Shown: positions 18,278 through 27,510, numbered from the stretch's first letter. The stretch: 64,000 nucleotides of DNA from an uncultured bacterium (GCA_964556895.1 CAZKYC010000006.1:25099-89098); one strand, 5' to 3'. Numbers and translations: made by a program. The notes: generated from the letters alone by a model not told the origin.

Positions 18278-19315
18278 TTAATATGGAATCGGTGAGATCA
18301 TACACATCAGCGCAAATTGAATTAGAAGAAGAATTCCAATCCATTGATTGACTGCGGATTGAGGCTCAGAGTAGGTGGATAAGAACTTCATTCGGGCAAC
18401 GCGTGGAAAATGAAATTCAACAAAATGGTTGAGCGCCCAGCCTTTCATTTGGCTGTCTGATTGGAGAAACATCTGTTGAATCATTACGCTGACATATTTT
18501 CGGCGATCAATGCCAAATAAGCGCATTGCTTCGAGGTCGCGAGCGATTTCGCGGTGATAGTCAAACCAGCGGTCCGCAAGTATTCGAACCGGATGCGCAT
18601 GAAACATGACCAAACAAAGAAACCGAAGCAGGTTTAACCAGATGTCTCTGTTTTGGATATGCGCCAGTTCATGCGCAATTACCACATCAAGCGTATCTTC
18701 ATCTCCCTCGTCAATTAACGACTGGGGAAGAATGATCGTATGGCTATTCAAAAGGCCAATCGTGCACGGTGAAAAGGAACCTTGAAATGTTTTCAACTTC
18801 GTAACAAAGGGCAAACCGAGACAACTCGATAAATGGGCAAGTCTCTCAAACGCAATCCCACTATCAACGATTGGCAACTTTCGTAAACGCCTATGAAATA
18901 CGGCGAATCGATACAATTGAACAACCGCAACCTGAACCGACAACAATACCCAGACAAGAATAAAAGCACTTAAACAGAGGTGAAGGCCCTCACTTGGATC
19001 CAACCCCCCCACGCAATGGAAAACTTGAAAAACAAAAAAAACCATCTCAGCGGAGTTGCCCATAGTTGATTGAAGATGAATAGGATCGTCAAAAACGCGC
19101 CCGCCTAGTATATAGGAAGGAGAAAACACTCGAGGATGGGTTTGTAATTCCAAAAGCCCAACAGGTAATAGCAACTTCACTAACACAATCAACCACACCC
19201 AATAACACAAAGACGGTTTGATATGGTATAACAGTAGGGAGAAACCAAGCGCCAAGGCAAGCAGAAAAAAGGCATGAAAGGAAGAGAAATAAAGAAATAG
19301 GCTAGAGATGTTCAT
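18278..19315 (-). CDS. M56 family (BlaR1-like) membrane zinc metallopeptidase, no sensor domain
   Basis: HELAHIQNRD HExxH motif between hydrophobic helices; ATG at 19315 preferred over the TTG at 19360; AT-rich gene. Confidence 0.75.
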   Translation of the reverse strand: MNISSLFLYFSSFHAFFLLALALGFSLLLYHIKPSLCYWVWLIVLVKLLLPVGLLELQTHPRVFSPSYILGGRVFDDPIHLQSTMGNSAEMVFFVFQVFHCVGGLDPSEGLHLCLSAFILVWVLLSVQVAVVQLYRFAVFHRRLRKLPIVDSGIAFERLAHLSSCLGLPFVTKLKTFQGSFSPCTIGLLNSHTIILPQSLIDEGDEDTLDVVIAHELAHIQNRDIWLNLLRFLCLVMFHAHPVRILADRWFDYHREIARDLEAMRLFGIDRRKYVSVMIQQMFLQSDSQMKGWALNHFVEFHFPRVARMKFLSTYSEPQSAVNQWIGILLLIQFALMCMISPIPY

Positions 19316-19629
19316 ACTTGATGCTCTTATCTCGTTACTACAATTAAGAAGAAAAATCAACTAGATGATTAAACGTCGATACAACCTAACGGAAAAGATA
19401 ACTGCTCATTTGGTCTTATTTGAACATTACCACAATACAATAAAACTACTTAATACGATATTGATATTTTTTACCTGTTCAATTTCTAGCAAAAAAAAAT
19501 CAGGATTTACCGTAATTGGGATTTCAAATCTCTAAAACCGGACAAAATAAGTTATCTCTAGTGAAACATTGCATGACTTATTGTGCATAAACCATTATTT
19601 ATAAGTTATTTATAACGCCTGTTCAAAGT

Positions 19630-19645
19630 TGGCACAAAGCCTGCG
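19630..19645 (+). promoter_or_regulatory. Sigma-54 (-24/-12) promoter-like element
   Basis: TGGCACAAAGCCTGCG matches TGGCAC-N5-TTGC with correct GG/GC spacing; 41 nt upstream of an SD-led ATG. Confidence 0.35.
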
Positions 19646-19686
19646 TATTAACCCCGTGAAAACAATTCTAAGGAAAGGAAGGAAAG

Positions 19687-19863
19687 ATGATACGCAATGA
19701 ACGTCTCAGACCGAAGCCTGTCCCTAGTGGTTCGAGACCGAAGAACCATTTGGGACAAAGTGAGAACAACCAGCGTCTCGAACAATTTCAGCGTTATCTA
19801 GAAAGCCGCGGCTGCCCCGTGCGCCTTGCGCCAAAAGATAACGATGTTCGATGGATTGGTTAA
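19687..19863 (+). CDS. Candidate small basic protein (58 aa), below the ORF-track cutoff
   Basis: AAGGAAAGGAAGGAAAG immediately before the ATG; MIRNERLRPKPVPSGSRPKNHLGQSENNQRLEQFQRYLESRGCPVRLAPKDNDVRWIG; no family recognised. Confidence 0.3.
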   Translation: MIRNERLRPKPVPSGSRPKNHLGQSENNQRLEQFQRYLESRGCPVRLAPKDNDVRWIG

Positions 19864-19989
19864 CGGAACACGAAGGAAGAACGAAATGAATCTTACCCAA
19901 CCCACACACCTCAATCGCTTCGCCGGCCCCGTACGGCGTTAAGAATTTCACCGAGTCGTATTCGATTTACCTCACGAAGTATCGAATAA

Positions 19990-20037
19990 TCCCAAAACAA
20001 AATCCGCTCTACAGAGTTTACACTCAACGTAGAGCGG
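19990..20037 (-). terminator. Rho-independent terminator after pgi
   Basis: Minus strand CCGCTCTAC / GTAGAGCGG stem followed by ATTTTGTTTTGGG. Confidence 0.75.
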
Positions 20038-20062
20038 GTTCATTGTTTATAGGGCCAAACGA

Positions 20063-21484
20063 TTACTGATCAATATTTTCGCGCATCTTCTGTTTGTAGC
20101 CTTCGACGCCGGTTTGGATATAGGTCTCTTCATCACCCACCCGGCGTTTGACAGAGATCGGATCAATATGAAGCGACTGTAAGCGCCCTTTCACAGCGAC
20201 CATGTCCATCAATACGCGCATTAAGGCAAACACTTCGTAGGTGTCGCGTTTCGGGAACTCAATTATCGCTGATGGAACCGCCTTATCGACAAAGTCTTCG
20301 TAAGCGCCTCTCATTGATGCGACCTGGGCTTGTTGCAGCGTCTTGCCCTTGAAGACGCTCAGGCTGCCTTGAAGCGGTGCGTTTTGGGGGACGGTGATAT
20401 CTTCGCCAAATGATTTTGGGGTGAGAAACATCACCACCTTGTCACGTGGGCCGTTGATCACGCCATTCAACAGCGAGTGGTTGCCGGTTGGGCCTGTCGT
20501 CGATATGACGTTAAGCCCCTCGCCGCGCTCTTGGACGGATTCTTCATACAACTGAACGAACCAGTCGCCCAGCTTGACATTATCAAAGTAGGGATAAAAC
20601 ACCATGCAGGATTTGTTGCAGCCCCATTCGGCGATATGGAGAAACTCAGCCAGCCGATAAGCGGGGTTCTTTTCAATGGGAGCGGTCAAAAACGTTTGAT
20701 GAGCGGCGCCATATCCCTTCATCGCATCTTGAAGGCGCGCAAGCGGATCGTTTGACGCGCTGACCGCTAAAAATAACAACCCGACAGGCGACGCAAACGA
20801 AAAACGCCCGCCCACTCCATCAGGAACAGGCAACAGCGCCATAAATTCACCCTGCCGGCTTGATTGCATTTGATACAAAAGGCTCTTGTCGTTCAGGCCT
20901 GTTGTTGCGACGGTCTGGCCCATCCAGTCGTCGCCAAGGGCGTCAGCGAGAACCATTGCCGCCAGCGCAGTTTCAGCAGTGGTTCCACTTTTACTGACGA
21001 TGTTAATGATCGTTTTGTCTAACAGGCCTCGCAGTTTCAAAACATCCAACAAGCCTCTAAGACGCAAGGGGTCGAAGGTGTCGCCTGTAAAATAGACTTC
21101 AGGCGGGCCATCAATCTCTCCCGCGCTGACCAGGTCGTTGTGATAGGGATGGTTTAGCAGATCATGCAGGGTGCGGGCGCCAAGGTCCGAACCGCCGATG
21201 CCGATTGTGATAAACACTTTAGCTTTCTCTCGAACCTGGTTGGCAATGTCGGCAATTGATTCGAGCGATGCAGAATCTGGATGTTCAACAGGCGTCTGGT
21301 GACACCATGTCCAGGCGCGCAGCCGCTGGACGAGCTTTTCGTAGCCTTCGTTGTCTTCTTCGACAAACTCTTGTTCAATCGCCATCAGGCTGGCTCGGAG
21401 CTGCTCGCTCCAGGCGCCAGGGACTGATTTATAAAGCAAACCGGCGCCAGCCAGATCAACATGAAATGAATCGCGGATTGGCAT
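20063..21484 (-). CDS. pgi: Glucose-6-phosphate isomerase
   Basis: 473 aa; GIGGSDLGARTL and SKSGTTAET SIS-domain motifs. Confidence 0.9.
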   Translation of the reverse strand: MPIRDSFHVDLAGAGLLYKSVPGAWSEQLRASLMAIEQEFVEEDNEGYEKLVQRLRAWTWCHQTPVEHPDSASLESIADIANQVREKAKVFITIGIGGSDLGARTLHDLLNHPYHNDLVSAGEIDGPPEVYFTGDTFDPLRLRGLLDVLKLRGLLDKTIINIVSKSGTTAETALAAMVLADALGDDWMGQTVATTGLNDKSLLYQMQSSRQGEFMALLPVPDGVGGRFSFASPVGLLFLAVSASNDPLARLQDAMKGYGAAHQTFLTAPIEKNPAYRLAEFLHIAEWGCNKSCMVFYPYFDNVKLGDWFVQLYEESVQERGEGLNVISTTGPTGNHSLLNGVINGPRDKVVMFLTPKSFGEDITVPQNAPLQGSLSVFKGKTLQQAQVASMRGAYEDFVDKAVPSAIIEFPKRDTYEVFALMRVLMDMVAVKGRLQSLHIDPISVKRRVGDEETYIQTGVEGYKQKMRENIDQ

Positions 21485-21528
21485 GATGTCTTCACCTTTT
21501 TTTGTAGAATATACGAGCCATAGAACTA

Positions 21529-21559
21529 AGCGGCGCCAACTCTGTTGAGTGGCGCCGCT
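21529..21559 (-). terminator. GC-rich stem-loop after the ferritin gene (possible terminator/attenuator)
   Basis: AGCGGCGCC / GGCGCCGCT 9-bp stem; no strong U-tract. Confidence 0.45.
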
Positions 21560-21584
21560 GTGTTGTGCCGCATGTAATGTGAGG

Positions 21585-22100
21585 CTACTTTGCTGGCGTG
21601 ATCACCATGGCCTGACGAGCCGCGAGTTCTCTGTCCATATGATAGAGCGCGACTTTATCACTCTCGACAAACTCTAACTGGTCAACGATGCCCTTAGCAG
21701 TGGCTTCTTCTTCGATCTGTTCATTGACGAACCATTGCAAGAAATTATGGGTTGCATGGTCTTTTTCTTTGTTGGACAAATCAACTAATTTGCCGACGCA
21801 ACTAGAGATATATTTTTCATGTTCATAGGCTGCATTGAAGGCGTCATGGGCGGATTTCCATTTGACTGGCGGTTCGTTGATCGGGCCCAAGACAACGCGT
21901 CCGTCGCGGTCATGAATATATTTGTAGAACCGCATGACGTGGGCCAATTCTTCTTGCGATTGGGCTTCCATCCAACTGGCGAAGCCTGGCAAATTGATGG
22001 ATTCAAAATACGCAGCCATCGACAAATAGATATACGAAGAATACATTTCTTCGTTGATCTGCTTATTGAGTGCATCAAACATTTTCTTGCTGGCCATTGG
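21585..22100 (-). CDS. ftn: Non-haem ferritin
   Basis: MASKKMFDALNKQINEEMYSSYIYLSMAAYF..SQEELAHVMRFYKYI ferroxidase-centre pattern; AAGGAGAG SD before the ATG at 22100. Confidence 0.9.
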   Translation of the reverse strand, partial: PMASKKMFDALNKQINEEMYSSYIYLSMAAYFESINLPGFASWMEAQSQEELAHVMRFYKYIHDRDGRVVLGPINEPPVKWKSAHDAFNAAYEHEKYISSCVGKLVDLSNKEKDHATHNFLQWFVNEQIEEEATAKGIVDQLEFVESDKVALYHMDRELAARQAMVITPAK

Positions 22101-22560
22101 GTGCTCTCCTTTAGAAACATAATTCAATCAATGAAATAGAAGTATACCATCCCATCAAACAACCCAAAACTATTTGAGATTAAATTATGTGTTATTTTTT
22201 TATTCACCGTTCAGCTATCACTGAGGCCAAACCCAGTGCTGGAGCGCTTGCAGGCATAGTAATCGTTTGGTTTGTTTGATTAACATCTGCGGTGAAAATG
22301 CGACTGTTCATTGTGGAAGGAATTTATCTCAGACTTCATCTATTCGCGCATTGAGATAACGCTGGATCACTTTTGCAGTCAAAGTTTCTATATTTTGAAT
22401 TGCGAGTATGAAGAAAAGAAAACAAATAGACTCAGGCATATCACGGGTTCGAGGAGGTTTTCATCACGACTCCCTTACGCCTGTTTAGTGACGGGGAAAA
22501 ATTCATCAAGCGTCAATAGCCTCTCCAGAAACATACAGTCTAAAGAGGTGAAAGAATTGT

Positions 22561-24549
22561 TTAATCTATCAGCCTCCAATCATCAACAGAGACGGGCAAG
22601 ACGCCGTCTAAATAATCCAGCCGCCGAACGGTAAAGTTCATGATGTAGTCATAGGCGTCGCGAATTTGCCGCCTGCGGCTATTTTGGGTCGCGCCAGTCA
22701 TGGCTTCTTCTAATTTGAGGTCGGCCAGTAGCAATTCTTCATATTGGTCGCAAAGTTCTTGAAGACGCTCGACAGAAAATTTGCGCGTCATTTCACGGCG
22801 AACTCGGCGTTTGTATTCTTCATGAAACGGTTGATGGCTGTGTAATGGGCCCGAGAGATATCCGACAGGTCTACCGCCAACCGGAGACTGCCCGTTTAAT
22901 GGGTAATCAATCGGCATCTTAAAAAACTGGGGAATACTGGCTTCAGAATAGCCAAACGTTTTGTCACAATCCCAGGGGATGCACTCCCACCTGTTAGCGG
23001 GTGCGGGGGCGTGATATAAAAACATATTGTTAAAGAAGCCGTCCCAATTGCCCATCAACACGCCCGCCACCGAGTAGTTCATCACTTTCTCAACATCAAG
23101 ATATTTTCTGAGGTTGACCTCGCGTTGTTCGGCGTTTGAGACGCGAATCGCCTGGTTGAGTTCGGCCAAGTCTAATTCGTCTTCGTCTAAATTGGTTTGT
23201 TTTTGTACTCCGTTGGGTACGTTGTACGCGACCTTATATACATTGGCGTCGCGGTTGCGGTCATTTAAATCTAAGAAATTTTCGTTTGGCTGTTGGACGA
23301 ACAATTGTTGGCGGTGGCTCTCGCCCTGGATGGTGCGATACCAAGCCGAACCCGGCGCCATGACGCCAAAATCGCTAAATATTTGATAACTGATTTGTTC
23401 GATATGAGGGGTATGTGGACCTGAGGTTGTGCCGCCAGAGGGCCGTTCGGGAATCACATTCAGCGTGCGGTTGCCGCGGTATTCCTGGCCTTTCAAAAAC
23501 TTGATCTTCTGGCCGTTTCGGGATGGATACACATTGGCGCCGTCATACACTTCAGGGGGGCCGTCTACTGGCTTGAACACCGCGCCTGGAAATGATGACG
23601 ACCGCGAGTCGGGCAGGTTGCCCAGGATTTGGGAGTAAACCCAAACCAGCGGCAACTTTGTTTCGAGTTCATCGTCGTAAATAAAATACGATTCATACGG
23701 ACGCGCCGCGCCGCGATGAGGCCAGAACACCGTCTCGCCCGAATTGGTCGTCACCTCAAATTTGTATCGCACCAACCACTGTGAACTTTTTGGTGGAACG
23801 CGCACAGAATACGTCACACTTTCGCCGTCAACATTACCGCGGTCCAGAGGATACCGTGTCACGCTGCCTGACCGTGATGTATTTAGGGGTTGCAAGTGCA
23901 TTCGCACACTGCTGATCAGCGACGCACCAGTGAAGGTTGCTTCGACAGTGACGAAATCTGTTGAAGTCGGGTTTTGAGGCGAATGGGTCACGCCATCTAA
24001 AAAGAGACCGGGCGCTTCGCCAAAGACAGAATTTCGCGCGCCTGGAGTTCCATTCGAACTGAGTGATGTACGCCAGTTTCTGTGGTCGGTTGAAAGCAGA
24101 GATGGGTCGATCTTCTCAAGCGATGCGCCGTAGCCGTCAGGCCCGATTGGCCATGGGACGGTATCGGAATAGTCAAACTCATCAACGATTTCACCGTTTG
24201 AATTTCGCAAAGTGATGCGCTCACCGCTGTCAGCCAATTTGCCAATATATGGAGCGCTGACAACATTGGCGTTGCGAAAATTTATATGGTTGGGATCGCG
24301 GGCAATGAGGAGATACTCATTGCCGCCAATCAGCGTCCGGCGTGGAAACTCAAACAACACTCCCTCAGTAAATAAATACCCATCCAGGCGAATGATGTTG
24401 TTGCCAGTGTTGTACAACTCAATGAATTCTTGAACGCCGTCTTCGGGCGGATTATAATGAATCTCATTAATGACGACTTCAGAGTGAGTGAGTATCCCTA
24501 TGGTTAACATCATTAGGGCGCAAGGCCCCAAAAGACGACCCAATCGCAT
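22561..24549 (-). CDS. Secreted CotH kinase-family protein with N-terminal lamin-tail domain (LTD)
   Basis: Signal peptide, LTD signature VVINEIHYNPPEDGVQEFIELYNTG, long CotH-like C-terminal region (..NWDGFFNNMFLYH..WDCDKTFG). Confidence 0.75.
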   Translation of the reverse strand: MRLGRLLGPCALMMLTIGILTHSEVVINEIHYNPPEDGVQEFIELYNTGNNIIRLDGYLFTEGVLFEFPRRTLIGGNEYLLIARDPNHINFRNANVVSAPYIGKLADSGERITLRNSNGEIVDEFDYSDTVPWPIGPDGYGASLEKIDPSLLSTDHRNWRTSLSSNGTPGARNSVFGEAPGLFLDGVTHSPQNPTSTDFVTVEATFTGASLISSVRMHLQPLNTSRSGSVTRYPLDRGNVDGESVTYSVRVPPKSSQWLVRYKFEVTTNSGETVFWPHRGAARPYESYFIYDDELETKLPLVWVYSQILGNLPDSRSSSFPGAVFKPVDGPPEVYDGANVYPSRNGQKIKFLKGQEYRGNRTLNVIPERPSGGTTSGPHTPHIEQISYQIFSDFGVMAPGSAWYRTIQGESHRQQLFVQQPNENFLDLNDRNRDANVYKVAYNVPNGVQKQTNLDEDELDLAELNQAIRVSNAEQREVNLRKYLDVEKVMNYSVAGVLMGNWDGFFNNMFLYHAPAPANRWECIPWDCDKTFGYSEASIPQFFKMPIDYPLNGQSPVGGRPVGYLSGPLHSHQPFHEEYKRRVRREMTRKFSVERLQELCDQYEELLLADLKLEEAMTGATQNSRRRQIRDAYDYIMNFTVRRLDYLDGVLPVSVDDWRLID

Positions 24550-24742
24550 GGACTAAACCCCTAAGATCGTTTTATTTGATTAAGTATACCTAAATCAAAA
24601 CACTATCACAATAATACGCAAACATCAGGCGGAAATTCTCGCTTGTTTCTTCGGCAATTTTCTCCCCTCCCTCTTGCCGCCTTGGTTTGCAGGCCTGCGG
24701 CCTGCACCGCAAGATTAAATTGAAAATCGCCTGATTGTTTAA

Positions 24743-24790
24743 GCCCCCCTTTTTAAGGGGGCTGTCCGCCGCTGGCGGACAGGGGGGATC
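24743..24790. repeat. REP-like composite palindromic element, copy 2
   Basis: GCCCCCCTTTTTAAGGGGGCTGTCCGCCGCTGGCGGACAGGGGGGATC; two adjacent hairpins, similar to 8921-8969. Confidence 0.6.
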
Positions 24791-24956
24791 ATGTGCACCC
24801 AATAACAACATTTGCATTGCTCCCTAAAAGAGGCAATACGAATAGACAGATATTCAACCTGTATTTACGCTAAGGATTACTTGTTGAATCAATCTAGACA
24901 ATTTTCTCTCACTTGTTTTATACTCATAAAACCATCATCCGTAAAAGGCAAATATA

Positions 24957-25751
24957 ATGAACGCCAGAGACGCCGCTGTCATCGCCTGCCGCTTGCTCGC
25001 AGTTTACATTGTTTTCGAAGCGCTCAACATTCACACGAGAACCTTCTACTTGGCAAACATGAACCCAAATTCCCAGCCCAATGATTTTCAGCTGTTGGTG
25101 ATTCCAGTCTTTGTCTTGATAGGGATTTATCTGTGGTGGGACGGCGGCAAACGAATTTCGAGGTTGCTCGCAAATCCAGATGAAGACATTCAAACTGCGC
25201 TAAATGCACAACAATGGGTTTGTCTTATTCTAAGTTTGATGGGATTCTATTTTCTCGTCAGTTCAATAACTTCCATCTCCAACAATCTATTTGTATTGGT
25301 ATCTCGAGCAGCGAATACATCCCAATTTGCGAATGCGAACCCGTTGGGGAATTGGTATGTATTTTCATTATTGAGTGGATTGTCTTTACCCTTTTTGGGC
25401 CTGATGCTCCTCATCTTTTCGTGGCCGTTATCGAAGGCAATCGTTTATCTTCAAACATTTCAGTATTCCGACCAGAAGGCGTCATCCACATTAACCACTC
25501 AAGCGCTGGCCTTAAGCCTGTTGGGAATCTATTTAATATCAAGAGTGCTTCCACAAATCATACAATACATCTCAGTGATTTATATGAATCCACAACAGAA
25601 CCAATCAACGTTTACTTTTTTATCTGTCGGCGCGTGGGTACAACTCTGTTTCGCGCTTGCGTTAACTCTCGGAGCGCGTGGCATCATTGGAATGCTCTAT
25701 ATGCTTCGCGTGTGGGGAAACCCGTTCGCCAAAGAGAGCATAGAAAAGTAA
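24957..25751 (+). CDS. Hypothetical polytopic membrane protein
   Basis: 264 aa, 6-7 hydrophobic helices, AT-rich; no family recognised. Confidence 0.55.
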   Translation: MNARDAAVIACRLLAVYIVFEALNIHTRTFYLANMNPNSQPNDFQLLVIPVFVLIGIYLWWDGGKRISRLLANPDEDIQTALNAQQWVCLILSLMGFYFLVSSITSISNNLFVLVSRAANTSQFANANPLGNWYVFSLLSGLSLPFLGLMLLIFSWPLSKAIVYLQTFQYSDQKASSTLTTQALALSLLGIYLISRVLPQIIQYISVIYMNPQQNQSTFTFLSVGAWVQLCFALALTLGARGIIGMLYMLRVWGNPFAKESIEK

Positions 25752-27329
25752 CTACGGCTTGACCGGGCGGTCGCGATCGTGGTCGACGATGCAGAAAAAA
25801 CCGAATGGCTGGTCTGAATTATTACACAGTTGATGCACCTGCATCGGCTCGACATAGGCGATGTCCATGTAAGCAAGAGGAACCTCTTTGTCGGTGAGTT
25901 TTAATACGCCGCTGCCACGAACGCATATCACGGTATGGGTATGATTGTGTTTCTCCAGGCTGCTTAACCCGTTGGGGCCAATTTCAAAATAGCGCAAATC
26001 ATACGCGGTCTGCTCGCCGCTCTTACCGATCAGCTCACAGCGTGACACGTTTTTAAAGGGCAGTTCGGCGGCTGAGTCTTTATACGCTTCTGGCTGCCTG
26101 CCCTGCCATTTGAACCCTTCGGCGAATTTCAAAAGCGTTTGAACATCGCCCTTTTCTACTGTCGGCAATTCACAGGCCGACGCCAAACCCGCGTCGGGTT
26201 CTTCAAGGCGCTCGTCAAAATTCTTTCTGACTTCGTCCATGAAGGCTTTGGTGCTCATGGCGAGGTCGTCAGAGTGACTGATTAACGCGCCGCCGATTAA
26301 AAAGAGCGTGTCTTCGCCATACTCATGGCCCATGGTGGGGATGTTGTCAAACTTCATGCCGCCTGCTGGCGATGGAAACGCGCTTTTAATATGCGCCATC
26401 GGCTGGCGTAAGCGGTCACAGATATCGTGACAGTCGTCCTGTGTGAACGAAAAGCGCCCGCCGTAGTTGGGGAAGATTGAGACGTCCGCTCCCAACAAAC
26501 GAAATAGCGTTCCTAAAAACACGCCGTGAGAGATGCCGTGGCGGCTGTCGAAGAAGTGTGCGCCTGTGAAGCTAGGGTGGGCCAGGTAACACAACGGGTA
26601 GGTCTCGACTATGTAGCGAAAGGTATCAAGCCCAATCGTGAATGGACAGATTAAGATTGAGAAGATTCCCTGTTGACTGATGAATGTCATCAGTTTGTCG
26701 AGGTCTTCGACCGGGGCCATTACGTTCGGACAGTAGAGCGTCGGGCGGCCTGTTTGTTTCTCGGCGTCGAGCGCCGCCTGGTGGCACATACTCACCCGGC
26801 GCTTAAAATCATCGAACGAACTTTCATGTAAGTTATGGTCGTCTTTAATCAAATCGCCGCCGCCTAACGCAAAGTTGCGCGTCATGTCGGCGAAGGTCTC
26901 ATGTGATGAGCCATACGGCTTCAAAGCAGTCGATAACAACGGGCGGCCATACACACCGAGGCGCTTACGGATACCGTCAATGCCGTGGTTTGGTCCTTTG
27001 AGTTTATCTAAAAACGATTGGGGAAATTTGATATCTGATATGAAAATGTTTTTCTTCAGTGAAATGTTGCCGTAAATCAGATTCAAAAACTGCGGCCATT
27101 GATAGCCCGTATGGTCGATGGGGTATTCGATAACCGCTTCAAACAGATCGTTACTTGACTGGTTTGGTTTAATTGAACGAATCTGGCCAACTACCTGTTC
27201 GCGAAGATGTTCAGGGACCAGTTGCTCTGGCACCTCGACCGTTTGTTCGTAAGCAATATCTTTAGCAATTTGGTCAACCTCAGACGCGCCGCAGGTTAAA
27301 CGGTAGTGAACGATCAAGCCATCAGTCAT
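25752..27329 (-). CDS. RuBisCO-like protein (form IV large-subunit homologue) fused to a C-terminal cupin domain
   Basis: 525 aa; RuBisCO-large motifs with substitutions (STALKPYGSS for KPKLG; GGGDLIKDDHNL for GGLDFTKDDEN); residues from about 420 to 525 carry cupin motifs EKHNHTHTVICVRGSG and VEPMQVHQLCN. Confidence 0.85.
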   Translation of the reverse strand: MTDGLIVHYRLTCGASEVDQIAKDIAYEQTVEVPEQLVPEHLREQVVGQIRSIKPNQSSNDLFEAVIEYPIDHTGYQWPQFLNLIYGNISLKKNIFISDIKFPQSFLDKLKGPNHGIDGIRKRLGVYGRPLLSTALKPYGSSHETFADMTRNFALGGGDLIKDDHNLHESSFDDFKRRVSMCHQAALDAEKQTGRPTLYCPNVMAPVEDLDKLMTFISQQGIFSILICPFTIGLDTFRYIVETYPLCYLAHPSFTGAHFFDSRHGISHGVFLGTLFRLLGADVSIFPNYGGRFSFTQDDCHDICDRLRQPMAHIKSAFPSPAGGMKFDNIPTMGHEYGEDTLFLIGGALISHSDDLAMSTKAFMDEVRKNFDERLEEPDAGLASACELPTVEKGDVQTLLKFAEGFKWQGRQPEAYKDSAAELPFKNVSRCELIGKSGEQTAYDLRYFEIGPNGLSSLEKHNHTHTVICVRGSGVLKLTDKEVPLAYMDIAYVEPMQVHQLCNNSDQPFGFFCIVDHDRDRPVKP

Positions 27330-27510
27330 CTATCAACGCCCCTTTTTCATTGAATAAGTGAACGAGTCTAGCATCAGCGATTCAGGCGTAGTAGTGTCAC
27401 TTTTCATTGTTGGTTGTCATTAAAATTTTAGTAACACCAATGTCTGTAAAGAATCATTACAGCAATAATCCAATTTTTTAGCGAATTTTGGGGTGAAACG
27501 GCTAAAACTA

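Noticed and set aside
19725-19745. tRNA-like T-arm (GGTTCGAGACC)
   Set aside because: The flanking bases do not form a T-stem, acceptor stem or anticodon arm. The string instead pairs with GTCTCGAAC at 19775-19783.
19724-19951. 75-aa minus-strand ORF from the track
   Set aside because: It has a GTG start with no Shine-Dalgarno and lies in a region better explained by plus-strand signals (a sigma-54-like promoter and strong SDs). No family was recognised.
22311-22634. 107-aa plus-strand ORF between the ferritin and CotH genes
   Set aside because: It runs into the 3' end of the CotH gene on the opposite strand, and it has no SD and no recognisable family. The region is more likely the ferritin promoter/leader. 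An 8-bp inverted repeat TTATCTCA/TGAGATAA at about 22324-22359 was noted but not interpretable.
25752-27329. Bona fide CO2-fixing RuBisCO (form I-III)
   Set aside because: Key active-site positions are substituted (KPY for KPK, KDDH for KDDE). There are no small-subunit, phosphoribulokinase or carboxysome genes nearby, and a cupin domain is fused to the C-terminus. All of this fits a form IV RLP.
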